From assembly GCA_021790115.1 (NCBI GenBank), contig JAJYIM010000002.1:14804-78803 (forward strand): a stretch of DNA of 64,000 nt, written 5' to 3'. The stretch comes from Actinomycetes bacterium (lineage in GTDB: Bacteria > Actinomycetota > Thermoleophilia > BMS3ABIN01). The notes beneath the pieces are model-generated. The model was not told the origin of the DNA. It saw nothing but the letters and a program-made list of their open reading frames with translations, and did not search any database. The translations under genes and the position numbers were made by a program. Below, in pieces: positions 39,757 through 48,969 of this stretch. Each line of letters begins with the position of its first letter. Position 1 is the first letter of the stretch.

Positions 39757-40428
39757 ATGCAGACCCTGGAAGAAAAGGAAGCCAGGAGCATCGGGATTTT
39801 AACCGAGGCCTTGAAACGCTTCGAAGGCAAGATTGCAACAACTTTTACCGGCGGCAAGGATTCTCTTACTGTGCTGCACATGCTGAAGCAGATCGGCGGC
39901 GGTAAGGTGCCCGTGCCCGTGCTTAACCTCGATACCACTGTCAAGTTCAAGGAAGTGCTGGAGTTCCGCGACCGCATGGCGCGCGAGTGGGACCTGGACC
40001 TGATCATTGCCACAAATCGCGAAGGGCTCAAAAAAATCAAGATCGCTGTGGACCACGAACAGTGCTGCCTGGTGATGAAGGCCCAGGCCATTGATGCGGC
40101 GGTTGCCGCGAAGGGCTGGAAGGCACTCATCACGGGCGTCCGCTGGGACGAGCAGCCCGCCAGGGCCGGCGAGGAATATTTCTCCGAGCGGCCGGGGCAT
40201 GTGCGGGTGCAGCCGGTTCTGCACTTTGGCGAGCTGGACATCTGGGATTATATTGGCAAATACAGGCTTCCTTACTGCCCCTTGTACGACCAGGGGTACC
40301 GCAGCCTTGGCTGCGAGCCCTGCACGGTGAAAAGCACCCGCCCGCGGGGCGACGGACCCGAGCGCGAGGGCCGCGCCCAGGAAAAGGAACAGATCATGGC
40401 CCAACTGCGCGACCTTGGCTATTTTTAG
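39757..40428 (+). CDS. Phosphoadenosine-phosphosulfate / adenylyl-sulfate reductase family protein (CysH-like, Fe-S type)
   Basis: P-loop TFTGGKDSLTV, a CC pair (EQCCLV), and SLGCEPCT. Confidence 0.7.
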   Translation: MQTLEEKEARSIGILTEALKRFEGKIATTFTGGKDSLTVLHMLKQIGGGKVPVPVLNLDTTVKFKEVLEFRDRMAREWDLDLIIATNREGLKKIKIAVDHEQCCLVMKAQAIDAAVAAKGWKALITGVRWDEQPARAGEEYFSERPGHVRVQPVLHFGELDIWDYIGKYRLPYCPLYDQGYRSLGCEPCTVKSTRPRGDGPEREGRAQEKEQIMAQLRDLGYF

Positions 40429-40473
40429 ATCTCCCAATTTCGGTGGCGGGCCCAGGGACGCGTTGATCGCCTT

Positions 40474-40746
40474 TTGTGTGCCCGCCGCCGTTGCTCCATA
40501 ACCACCAATTATTGGTTCATTATGGCAAGAAAGGCATGCATTTTGTTGATAGTTGTCTGGTCGGTAGTATGCGCCGCCGGCCTGGCGATATTTCTTTTTC
40601 AGATCCTGGGCCCCGGGTTTCAGGATGAAGGCGCCGGCCCGCCGGATGTTGCCGTCACAGTGGGGTTCTGGGTTTTGGTATGGTTCGCCCCGGTGCTCTG
40701 GCTCTTTTTAAAGGGGCGGGGACACTCCGGTGAGCCAGAAAGATGA
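40474..40746 (+). CDS. Small membrane protein, hypothetical
   Basis: 90-aa ORF with two hydrophobic helices. Confidence 0.3.
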   Translation: MCARRRCSITTNYWFIMARKACILLIVVWSVVCAAGLAIFLFQILGPGFQDEGAGPPDVAVTVGFWVLVWFAPVLWLFLKGRGHSGEPER

Positions 40747-40823
40747 GGCACTGGCAGGATCTTCCCAAACTGGATGCAGCGGTTGCTGGCGTCCTGGGCG
40801 CGGGGGCCGCTCCCCCCTTTACG

Positions 40824-41042
40824 CTATTGCTGGCCGCGGATCAGCTTTAGAACGGCCAGGCGCTCACGCAGGATCCGCTCGTGATCCTGTTCCCATCTGA
40901 CCAGTTGTTCGAACAGCGACCGCGTTTCCGGATCTTCAGCTGATTCGGCCCCACGGCGGTATTTCTCCGCGGCCATTTTCTCGTTCTCAATTGCTTCCTC
41001 GATTAGCTTGATCATATTCAAGGCTGCTCCTTGAGTCGGCAT
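40824..41042 (-). CDS. Small ferritin/rubrerythrin-like helical protein
   Basis: EEAIENEKMAAEKYRRGAE...EQLVRWEQDHERIL helical pair pattern. Its ATG overlaps the upstream stop (TAATG). Confidence 0.45.
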   Translation of the reverse strand: MPTQGAALNMIKLIEEAIENEKMAAEKYRRGAESAEDPETRSLFEQLVRWEQDHERILRERLAVLKLIRGQQ

Positions 41043-42685
41043 TAGCTCAGAGCTACCGTGAATATTATCATTGCCGCCAGCGCCAAGAGCAAAACCGCCG
41101 CTGAAATCCACAAACCCGGGTTTTTCATGGAACGGCGGTGGAGCGCCCGGGCCAGGAAGTGGGTGCCCGCGGCGGCGCCTGCTGATATGCCGCCGATGAT
41201 CAGAAGACGAAGGGCGGCGGGGATACTGTCAACCGTGTTCTGCCCGGCGATGCCTTCCCACGACTTGAGCACATAATAAAAGACGAGCACGAACTCCACG
41301 AACCCGGCGGCAACCTGCAGGGCCAGGCGCTCCTGCTGTACCAGGAGGCTGCGCGAAAGCAGTTCTTTTGTCTGGTTTTGAATAGCTGCCTCTTCTCCCG
41401 CCCTGAGCAGTTCCACCTGGGTTCTAACCACCTCAATGGCCGCCTGTGCGTTTTGACGCGAGAAGTTGAGCCGCACAGCCTCGGTATGGGCGTCCTCCAG
41501 ATCGGCGCTGAAGCCAGCCCGGTAATGCGACCCTATTTCGTCTTTGGCGCCGGGCCCTTTCTTAAGCTGTAATCCCAGCGCCGCATCCAGTGCCTCCAGA
41601 CCGTTTCGTAAGCGGTCTTCCGCCTGCCGCACCAGCAGCGCGTCTGTCGCCAGCATGCCAAACATTCGCGACAGGTGGGCGATATTGTCCTCCAGCCGGC
41701 CTGTTCCCGCCCCGTTTGTCACTGTCACCACCTGCTGATGCAGGATGGCCGCCACCTGCTTGTCAATTTGTGAGCGTTCATCTGCAATAGCGCGGCGCTG
41801 GTCGCTAAAGTGGCTGGCCTGCCGCCCCAATTTTTTGATAAACGCGTCAAGCTGCGGCAGCATGGTGGACAAGGTCAAGCCGGGCTCGGGGGAAGAAACG
41901 GCAAAGAAATCGCGTGACCTGTCACCGTGATCGATTGCGTTAAAAAGCAGCGGGCTGCCACTGGCTGCAACTGCCCGGTCAAGCTCACTGACCAGGATCC
42001 GCGTCGCGGGAACCGGGTGCCGGATCCTGATAGCGCCGGGCGCCGCACCGGCTTCGGCCGCCGGCTTCTTCCTGCTTGCCAACGTCCCGATGACATTAGC
42101 CAGCCGGGGGCCGGTTTCCCCATCTTCGTCTGTTACCAGCACGGTTGTTTCCCCGAACAGCGGGACGCCAAGCGCCCCGGCCCTGCCGCGGTCCGCATCG
42201 ATTGAGCGCAGCGCTGCCGGCCAGGCCTGCTGCGGTGGCTCAAAATCCACACGCCGGTAGAGGACCTCCACCACCGCTAAACCAGAGATCAAGGTCAGGC
42301 AAAAGTCCCGCTCAGAACGTTGCACCCGGTGTACTATCTGGCAACGCCCGGCGGCCTCACCGGCCGGGGCCGCCAGGTCCAGGGAATATGCTGCATTTTC
42401 AGGAGCGCCGCCAGCCGCCGCGGTCAAACTGCTCCAAAGCTTCTGCAAATCTGCCTCGTCTTCCTGAAGCAAATAAAAATAATGAGCTGCGATGACTTGC
42501 CGCGCCTGCTCCGGCATCAGACGCCTCCCGAGGTTTCGTGTCCCGGACGCTGACGATGATTCTATATCATCAGACCCGGTTGCGCCCCGCGCCTGCTTGG
42601 CGTCAAGGAGCTTGAACGACCCCTGCCACAAACGGCGCAGTTTTTCCCGGCAGCGCCCCGAGCGGGAGCCAATGAGCCTTTGCAT
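41042..42685 (-). CDS. Hypothetical protein with a C-terminal double-TM anchor (547 aa)
   Basis: Long open frame. Soluble N-terminal part plus two C-terminal hydrophobic helices. Confidence 0.4.
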   Translation of the reverse strand: MQRLIGSRSGRCREKLRRLWQGSFKLLDAKQARGATGSDDIESSSASGTRNLGRRLMPEQARQVIAAHYFYLLQEDEADLQKLWSSLTAAAGGAPENAAYSLDLAAPAGEAAGRCQIVHRVQRSERDFCLTLISGLAVVEVLYRRVDFEPPQQAWPAALRSIDADRGRAGALGVPLFGETTVLVTDEDGETGPRLANVIGTLASRKKPAAEAGAAPGAIRIRHPVPATRILVSELDRAVAASGSPLLFNAIDHGDRSRDFFAVSSPEPGLTLSTMLPQLDAFIKKLGRQASHFSDQRRAIADERSQIDKQVAAILHQQVVTVTNGAGTGRLEDNIAHLSRMFGMLATDALLVRQAEDRLRNGLEALDAALGLQLKKGPGAKDEIGSHYRAGFSADLEDAHTEAVRLNFSRQNAQAAIEVVRTQVELLRAGEEAAIQNQTKELLSRSLLVQQERLALQVAAGFVEFVLVFYYVLKSWEGIAGQNTVDSIPAALRLLIIGGISAGAAAGTHFLARALHRRSMKNPGLWISAAVLLLALAAMIIFTVALS

Positions 42686-42734
42686 CCACCCATCTGCTCG
42701 GAGATGTCTGTAAAATAATGGCTGGATACAGATA

Positions 42735-43334
42735 TTGGCTTTCAGGCGGAATCATATGCGCGCCAAGCATTACCGGAATCGGTTGACTATTTGTCCTTTT
42801 GGTGAACTTGACGAAGAGCTCACTGCTTTTCTGGCCGTATCGGCCGGCCGGGTGTTCGGTCTGGAGGCGTCGGTAGGGGGGACGCTGCCGGTGCCGGCAG
42901 CCGCGTGGACCCGCCGCCGGAGCCAGTACCGCTCCGGGAAAGTGCTGGCGGCCCTGGCGGGTGTGGCGCCGGCACGCGCCGGCCCCCGCCCGGTGATGCT
43001 GGGCGTCACGACCGTTGACCTGTTCACACCCGGCCTTAACTTTGTCTTCGGCGAGGCGGACCCGAAGGAGCGGGTTGCCGTGATTTCCCTCGCCCGCCTG
43101 GGCAGTAGCGGCGCCGGACCGCCCGGCGGCCGGAGCCTCCTGGGGGAGCGGATGCTTAAAGAAGCGGTTCATGAGCTGGGCCATGTTTTTGGCCTGGTCC
43201 ACTGCGGCGATCCTGCCTGCGTGATGCATTTTTCCAACGTCATCGGGGACACCGACCGCAAGGGGCCCGGTTTTTGCGCCCGCTGTCTCGCCCTCCTGAG
43301 TGAAAGCAGCGCTTTCACCGCAAAGGGTTTTTAG
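42735..43334 (+). CDS. Archaemetzincin-like zinc metalloprotease
   Basis: HELGHVFGLVHCGDPACVMHF...CARC matches HExxHxxGxxHCxxxxCxM...CxxC. Confidence 0.7.
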   Translation: MAFRRNHMRAKHYRNRLTICPFGELDEELTAFLAVSAGRVFGLEASVGGTLPVPAAAWTRRRSQYRSGKVLAALAGVAPARAGPRPVMLGVTTVDLFTPGLNFVFGEADPKERVAVISLARLGSSGAGPPGGRSLLGERMLKEAVHELGHVFGLVHCGDPACVMHFSNVIGDTDRKGPGFCARCLALLSESSAFTAKGF

Positions 43335-44182
43335 TAAAACGCTTCCAGCTCTTTCTCCACAGCCTTTGGCGAAAACGGCTGATGCACCAGCGGCTCCTTG
43401 CCGGCGATGACGGGGATTTGATCTTCCAGCAGGGGGCGCTTGTGCCTGTAGATGACACCGGTGGGGATTTTCTCCTGTTCAAGCGCCAGCCGGAATGCAG
43501 CCTCGCGGTCGCCGGGGTCATGGTCGGGGCCGAGGCGGTAGACGCGCTCGTGGTACCAGCGGAAGGTATTGAGCCTGTTGAATGTAACACATGGCTGCAG
43601 AATATCAATGAGGGCAAAGCCGCGGTGCTGCATGGCGGCAGCCATCATCTCGGTGAGGAACTGCACGTCCCCGGCATAGGCGCGGGCGGCAAAGCCGGCG
43701 TCCATGGCCACCGCCAGGGCGATCGGATTGAGCGGCTCCAGCAGCACGCCGAAAGGCTGGCTCTTGGTGACCATCCCGGCCTGGGATGTTGGAGAAGCCT
43801 GGCCCTTGGTGAGGCCATAAATCTGGTTGTCATGGACAAACAGCTTGACATTGACATTCCGGCGCATGGCGTGCAGGAAGTGGTTGCCGCCTTCGCCGTA
43901 GCAGTCGCCGTCTCCAGCAACGGCGACCACGCGCATGTCATGGTTTGCCAGCCGGATGGCTGTGGCGACCGGCAGCGGCCGTCCGTGCAGGCCATTGAAA
44001 ATATTGCCGGCGGTGTAGTGCGGCAGCTTGCTGGCCTGGCCGATGCCGGAAACCAGCACGAGCTGGTCCGGCTTCAACTCCAGCCTGATCATCGCGGCCT
44101 TAAACGCCTTGAGGATATTGAAGTTGCCGCAGCCGGGGCACCAGGCTGGCGTCTGGCCTGCGAAGTCTTCCGGGTCAGCCAA
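43331..44182 (-). CDS. 2-oxoacid:ferredoxin oxidoreductase beta subunit (TPP-binding)
   Basis: CPGCGNF and GDGD TPP motifs. Confidence 0.85.
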   Translation of the reverse strand: MADPEDFAGQTPAWCPGCGNFNILKAFKAAMIRLELKPDQLVLVSGIGQASKLPHYTAGNIFNGLHGRPLPVATAIRLANHDMRVVAVAGDGDCYGEGGNHFLHAMRRNVNVKLFVHDNQIYGLTKGQASPTSQAGMVTKSQPFGVLLEPLNPIALAVAMDAGFAARAYAGDVQFLTEMMAAAMQHRGFALIDILQPCVTFNRLNTFRWYHERVYRLGPDHDPGDREAAFRLALEQEKIPTGVIYRHKRPLLEDQIPVIAGKEPLVHQPFSPKAVEKELEAFY

Positions 44183-45935
44183 TCAGGGCCTCAACTTTCT
44201 CTACCAGCTCATCAAGCAGAAACGGGCGGCCGTCATATTTGTTGACCCTGTCGGTGAACTGATATCCTGTCTGGCTCAACAGCAGCTGGGCAAACTGGGA
44301 AGTGGCGTTGTTCTCGACGCAAAGGGTGCGGCCAGCCGCACGCAGCCGGGCCGGGTAATCGACTTTGTCCGTTCCCGGGAAGGGCCAGATCTCGCTCCAG
44401 TGCATCATGGCCAGGTTGTGCCGCTCTCTCAGGACATCGACAGCCTCTTTCATAACACCATACGTTGAGCCCCAGCCCGCCAGCAGTATCTCCGCTTTCT
44501 GGGGGCCGTAGAATAGCGGCGGTTCCATTTCCTGTCTAAGCAGCGGCAGCTTTTTTAGCAGCCGCTTTTCCACCATTCTTGTCCTGGTGGCGGCGTCTTC
44601 GATAATATGGCCCTCTTCGTCGTGCTCATCGCTGTCGGTAACCACCAGGTGGGGCGAGGCGCCGGGCTCGGCCAGCGGCGTAACGCCCGTCCCGGTGAAT
44701 GCGTGGCGCTTGTACTGCTTCAGCCCTTCGAGGTCGCCGGCCCGGAGCCGGTAGTCGGTATACTTGAGCCGGGCGGCGTCAAGCCCGTCAACCGTCCATT
44801 CGGCGTCGGTCAGATATGTATCGAAGAGAATAAGCGCGGGCACCTGGAATTTTTCCGCCAGGTCGAAAGCCTTGTTCGTCAGATAAAAAGCCTGCTCGGG
44901 GGTGCCGGGGGCCATGATCACGCGCGGGAACTCCCCGTGGGAGGCATTTAGCAAAAACAGCAGGTCGCCCTGTTCCGTCCTGGTCGGGAGGCCGGTGGCC
45001 GGAGCGGGCCGCTGGCCTATAAAGATGACGACCGGCGTCTCTGTCATTCCCGCCAGCGACAAGCCTTCCACCATCAGGGCGAAGCCGCCGCCGGCCGTCC
45101 CGGTCATTGCCCGCACGCCGGCATAGGAGGCGCCGATGGCCATGTTGATGGCGCCGATCTCGTCCTCGGCCTGTTCCACCACCAGGCTGTACTGCTTGCT
45201 CTTGGCGGCCATGAAATTAAGCACTCCCGTGGAAGGAGTCATCGGGTAGGCTGCATAAAAGCGGCAGCCGCTCATAAGCGCCCCCAGCCCCACTGCCGAT
45301 GCGCCTTCGATCAGCATCCGCCTGGGACCGTTTTTGCCCGCGGGAACGCTATAGGCGCACGTGGGGCAGTTATCCATGGCGAACTTGTGGCCGGCGCGGG
45401 CGGCAGCAACGTTTTTATCGCCTATTTCCTGCCCCTTTCGCAAGAACATTTGTGACAGCAACTCTGTCAGGGGACCGGCATCCATCCCGAGCATGCCCAT
45501 CACGGCGCCGGCCGCCGCCGCATTCTCCATCAGCCTGCTGCCGGCCACATCGGTTGCGATCTGGCGCCAGGGCACGTCCAGAAAATCCGGCCCATCTAGT
45601 TTTTGCCCAATTGCCCCGGAGTCATAGGCGACCAAGCCGCCGGCGTTTAGGTCGCCGTGGTGGATGTTCACCGTGTTTTGGTCCAGCGCCACCAGCATGT
45701 CAACCTTGCTTCTGGAGGAGCTGACCGGCCGGTCAGAAAAGCGGATCTGGTTGAAGTTATGGCCGCCGCGGATGCGGGACATGTAATCCTGATGGGTGAA
45801 GACATAACAGCCGGAGCGGACAAGCGCTTTGGCTAGGGCGCTGCTGATTGTCTGGATTCCCTGGCCCGCCTGCCCGCCGATCTTGATCGAGTAGTCCATG
45901 GCATTAATTTTCCAATTGGCCAAAGGGCTAAACAT
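44175..45935 (-). CDS. 2-oxoacid:ferredoxin oxidoreductase alpha subunit, with an N-terminal gamma domain
   Basis: KorA/PorA-PorG family; YPMTPST and EDEIGAI motifs. Confidence 0.85.
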   Translation of the reverse strand: MFSPLANWKINAMDYSIKIGGQAGQGIQTISSALAKALVRSGCYVFTHQDYMSRIRGGHNFNQIRFSDRPVSSSRSKVDMLVALDQNTVNIHHGDLNAGGLVAYDSGAIGQKLDGPDFLDVPWRQIATDVAGSRLMENAAAAGAVMGMLGMDAGPLTELLSQMFLRKGQEIGDKNVAAARAGHKFAMDNCPTCAYSVPAGKNGPRRMLIEGASAVGLGALMSGCRFYAAYPMTPSTGVLNFMAAKSKQYSLVVEQAEDEIGAINMAIGASYAGVRAMTGTAGGGFALMVEGLSLAGMTETPVVIFIGQRPAPATGLPTRTEQGDLLFLLNASHGEFPRVIMAPGTPEQAFYLTNKAFDLAEKFQVPALILFDTYLTDAEWTVDGLDAARLKYTDYRLRAGDLEGLKQYKRHAFTGTGVTPLAEPGASPHLVVTDSDEHDEEGHIIEDAATRTRMVEKRLLKKLPLLRQEMEPPLFYGPQKAEILLAGWGSTYGVMKEAVDVLRERHNLAMMHWSEIWPFPGTDKVDYPARLRAAGRTLCVENNATSQFAQLLLSQTGYQFTDRVNKYDGRPFLLDELVEKVEALIG

Positions 45936-46049
45936 TTTGCATGCAGGGGAGGGTCAAAAAAGGGCAAGGAACAATACTGCAGAACGGCTGAATATCAAAG
46001 GCAGGAATTCAGCGTTTTCAGTTTCGGCTATTGTTCCGCCGGCGGGAGG

Positions 46050-46604
46050 TCACCCAAACAGCTCGCTGTATTTAAACAGCGCCTCCAGCGGCAGCCGGCA
46101 GGCGCGGCTGATTTCCTCGGCGCCGCCTTCTTCGCGGTCGACAAGCGCGTAGGCGGCCGCCGGCTTCAGGCCCTCTTCGAGGCAGCTGCTGGCAGCTTGG
46201 ATGATGGAGCCGCCGCTGGTAACGACATCATCCACAACGGCGACTCCGGTCCCCGCCGGCAAGGAGCCTTCGATTTTCCTGCCGGTTCCGTGCTGTTTCT
46301 GCTCTTTTCTGACAATAAAGCCGAGAATGGGATAATCCAGCCGCCAGCTTGTCGCGACCACTCCGGCAACCAGAGGATCGGCCCCGATGGCGAGGCCGCC
46401 GATGGCGGCCAGCCGGGCCTGTCTCATTTTCTCGATCAGGAGGCCTGAAGCGAGGGAGAGGCCTTCCGGGTCGAGCGTGACGCGCCGGCAGTCAAAGTAG
46501 TGATCGCTATGTTTGCCGGACGTGAGCACAAAATCTCCGGTAAGGTAGGCTTTCTCGAGCAGCAAGGCCCGGAGCCGTTCCCGCATGGCTTCAATATTTG
46601 ACAT
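46050..46604 (-). CDS. pyrE: Orotate phosphoribosyltransferase PyrE
   Basis: FVLTSGKHSDHYFD and a PRPP-binding VAVVDDVVTSGGS motif. Confidence 0.85.
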   Translation of the reverse strand: MSNIEAMRERLRALLLEKAYLTGDFVLTSGKHSDHYFDCRRVTLDPEGLSLASGLLIEKMRQARLAAIGGLAIGADPLVAGVVATSWRLDYPILGFIVRKEQKQHGTGRKIEGSLPAGTGVAVVDDVVTSGGSIIQAASSCLEEGLKPAAAYALVDREEGGAEEISRACRLPLEALFKYSELFG

Positions 46605-46673
46605 TAAAACCTCCTGATTCTGGCATCGGCCCAAAGCCGTCCATCAAATACGAATTTTATCAGTTTTACAAAA

Positions 46674-46916
46674 TTGCGCACCGGGCAGGAGATTGGCCGG
46701 GCGTTAAGAAATACTCCCCAAACCAACCGGAGGTTGAAAATGAGAACTGACCGCGCCACCATTGTGGCCGCAATTCAAATTATCTTCGGCGTCATTATTT
46801 TCACCAGCGCCTGGTGGCTCACCAGCGACCAGCGTGTCACGGCCCTCTATATTTTCGGTTTTGTTACCGTGCTGTTGGGAATCGCAAGCTTTGGGCTGCT
46901 AACGGGGGAAAAGTAG
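46674..46916 (+). CDS. Small membrane protein, hypothetical
   Basis: 80 aa with two TM helices. Confidence 0.3.
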   Translation: MRTGQEIGRALRNTPQTNRRLKMRTDRATIVAAIQIIFGVIIFTSAWWLTSDQRVTALYIFGFVTVLLGIASFGLLTGEK

Positions 46917-46927
46917 CTTTTACGGAT

Positions 46928-47764
46928 TTAATTGGCGTAGCAATAAAGACATTGCGCTCCCGGGCAGCGCTGCGCGTAACTGCCAATGTCGATGCTGCGG
47001 GTGCAGCCGCACGCAGCCCGCTGCGCCCGGTCTTTTGCCGTAGAAGCGGGCCGGCCGTCATCGCGGAGGCCGCCCAGCAGGGAGGCGTCGATGCAGCGCG
47101 CCTTGGCGATTCCGGGCACCGCCAGCCAGGAGTCGTTTGAGCAGCTGGCCAGCCGCAAGCCCAAACCTTCGGCCTCGTCCGCCAGAATTCTGACGGCGGC
47201 CAGCTTCTCTTCCGGACCTGGATCGGCGAAAGGAACGCCTCCCCTGTTTGCCCGCCTTTGGCTCTTGTTGTACCAGTGGGCAAACGAGAACGTGCAGCCG
47301 GTAATTCCGAGATCTGCCGCAGCGGCCCCGAGGCGGGTAAACAAAGGCAGATTTGAGCGGAGCCGGCCGTTTTCCCGCCAAAAGAGCACCGGGTCAAAGC
47401 GCCAGTTTACCCGGGCGGCGCCAAATTCATTGACAATTTCTTTCATTTGTAGCATTGTCTGCTTCCAGCCGGGAATTCCCGACTCCCAGGCCGACTCGCC
47501 CAGGCCGGTGATGGTGAAATGAAAGAAAGGGTTAAATCCGTGGAGCCGCCTGATCAGCAGCCGCCGCCTGAACAGGGGCCCATAGTCTTTGGACCACAAC
47601 ACCAGCGAATGCACAGCTTCAGCGCTTAGGCTAACCGAGCGGACCGCGCCGCGGGGGGCCTTGAAAGTCAGCCCGCCCGCCGCCAGCTTTTCGTCCAGCC
47701 AGCCGGGATAGCAGCGGGGGATGTCCGTGCGGCGGGAGCAGCTGATTACCTGGGCTGGAGTCAT
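46928..47764 (-). CDS. DUF1848-family protein
   Basis: C-terminal CGCTRSIDIGSY...CPGAQCLYCYAN signature. Confidence 0.5.
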   Translation of the reverse strand: MTPAQVISCSRRTDIPRCYPGWLDEKLAAGGLTFKAPRGAVRSVSLSAEAVHSLVLWSKDYGPLFRRRLLIRRLHGFNPFFHFTITGLGESAWESGIPGWKQTMLQMKEIVNEFGAARVNWRFDPVLFWRENGRLRSNLPLFTRLGAAAADLGITGCTFSFAHWYNKSQRRANRGGVPFADPGPEEKLAAVRILADEAEGLGLRLASCSNDSWLAVPGIAKARCIDASLLGGLRDDGRPASTAKDRAQRAACGCTRSIDIGSYAQRCPGAQCLYCYAN

Positions 47765-47852
47765 TGGAGGGCTGGAGTCATTGGACTCAGAATCTATCTA
47801 AAATAATTTGCAGCTGAAATTCTTATTCTAACACCTGTGCCCGCTCCGCTCC

Positions 47853-47882
47853 GTTGACTCTGGTTTCAAGTTGCTTTATCAT
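47853..47882 (+). promoter_or_regulatory. Putative promoter for rplM-rpsI: TTGACT-N17-TATCAT
   Basis: Read directly. About 30 nt upstream of the rplM ATG. Confidence 0.4.
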
Positions 47883-47911
47883 CCATCCTTGTGCTTTTAT
47901 AAAGCCTGCTA

Positions 47912-48343
47912 ATGAAAACTTACGTAGCCAAACCTGCCAATATCAACCGCAAATGGTATCTTGTGGACGCCAAGGGGCAGCGCCTTGGGCGCCTGGCGAC
48001 GCAGATTGCCAACACGTTGAGAGGCAAGAACAAGCCCGAATACACGCCAAACATCGACACCGGCGATTTCGTGGTGGTAATCAATGCAGGCAGGATAGCG
48101 GTAACCGGACGCAAGCGGGAGAACAAGGTTTACTATCGTCATTCGGGTTATCCTGGAGGCCTGAAAGAACGCACACTGGCCGAAATGCTGGACAGGCGCC
48201 CGCAGGAGGTTATCCGGCTGGCGGTGAAGGGCATGATGCCAAAAAACCGGCTGGCCCGCGCCCAGCTGAAAAAACTTAAGGTATTCGCGGGCCCCACGCA
48301 CGATCATGAGGCCCAGAAACCGGAGGAGTTCAAGCTTGGCTGA
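47912..48343 (+). CDS. rplM: 50S ribosomal protein L13
   Basis: [21 protein letters not shown]-terminus. Confidence 0.9.
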   Translation: MKTYVAKPANINRKWYLVDAKGQRLGRLATQIANTLRGKNKPEYTPNIDTGDFVVVINAGRIAVTGRKRENKVYYRHSGYPGGLKERTLAEMLDRRPQEVIRLAVKGMMPKNRLARAQLKKLKVFAGPTHDHEAQKPEEFKLG

Positions 48344-48722
48344 GTACAAAGCAACAGGAAAACGCAAATCTTCCATCGCCCGCGTGATGCTGATGCCCGG
48401 TGATGGCAAGATCACGGTTAACAGCCGCCCAATTGATGAATTTTTTCCACGTCCGCGGTTGCGCACGGAAGTGCGGATGCCGCTGGTCACGACCGGGACC
48501 GAGAAGCGATTTGATGTAGTCGCCAACATTGCCGGTGGCGGGGTCAGCGGCCAGGCCGGCGCGCTTAAGCACGGCATCGCCAGGGCTCTGCTGGACGCAG
48601 ATGACTCGCTGCGAAAAGAGCTCCGCGTGGGCGGATTCCTGACCCGCGACTCCCGCATCAAGGAACGGAAGAAAGCAGGGCTAAAAAGCGCCCGCAAGCG
48701 TCCGCAGTTCTCGAAGCGGTAA
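48339..48722 (+). CDS. rpsI: 30S ribosomal protein S9 (TTG start near 48339)
   Basis: [16 protein letters not shown] ... [18 protein letters not shown]. Confidence 0.85.
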   Translation, partial: AEYKATGKRKSSIARVMLMPGDGKITVNSRPIDEFFPRPRLRTEVRMPLVTTGTEKRFDVVANIAGGGVSGQAGALKHGIARALLDADDSLRKELRVGGFLTRDSRIKERKKAGLKSARKRPQFSKR

Positions 48723-48726
48723 TAAG

Positions 48727-48961
48727 AATCTATCTCAAAAAGCATATTCTGCTGCGGCCGGCTGCAAAGGCGATGGGCGGCGTCCTCGGAGCAAAAAGTC
48801 CTCGACGTACCGCAAGGGTACGACTGCGGGCTTTTTACTCCTGCGTCCTTGCCCATCGCCTTTTCGCTCGGCCTCGCCACGAACAGCCTTTTGAGATAGA
48901 TTCTAAGAACCTATCTCAAAAGACTGCTTGTAGCAGAAGATGCCTTTTAAGATAGATTCCA
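48727..48961. mobile_element. MITE-like palindromic element cluster with four copies of a 17-nt terminus. It lies between rpsI and murF.
   Basis: Reverse-complement terminus AGAATCTATCTCAAAAAG at 48727. Forward terminus CTTTTGAGATAGATTCT at 48889, directly followed by CCTATCTCAAAAG (a 12-bp hairpin). Another copy reads TTTTAAGATAGATTCC at 48945. The interior has its own inverted repeat (GCGATGGGC...GCCCATCGC). Related copies lie at 696-714, 9066-9112, 37488-37541 and 47797-47815. Confidence 0.5.
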
Positions 48962-48969
48962 GGGAGCAG

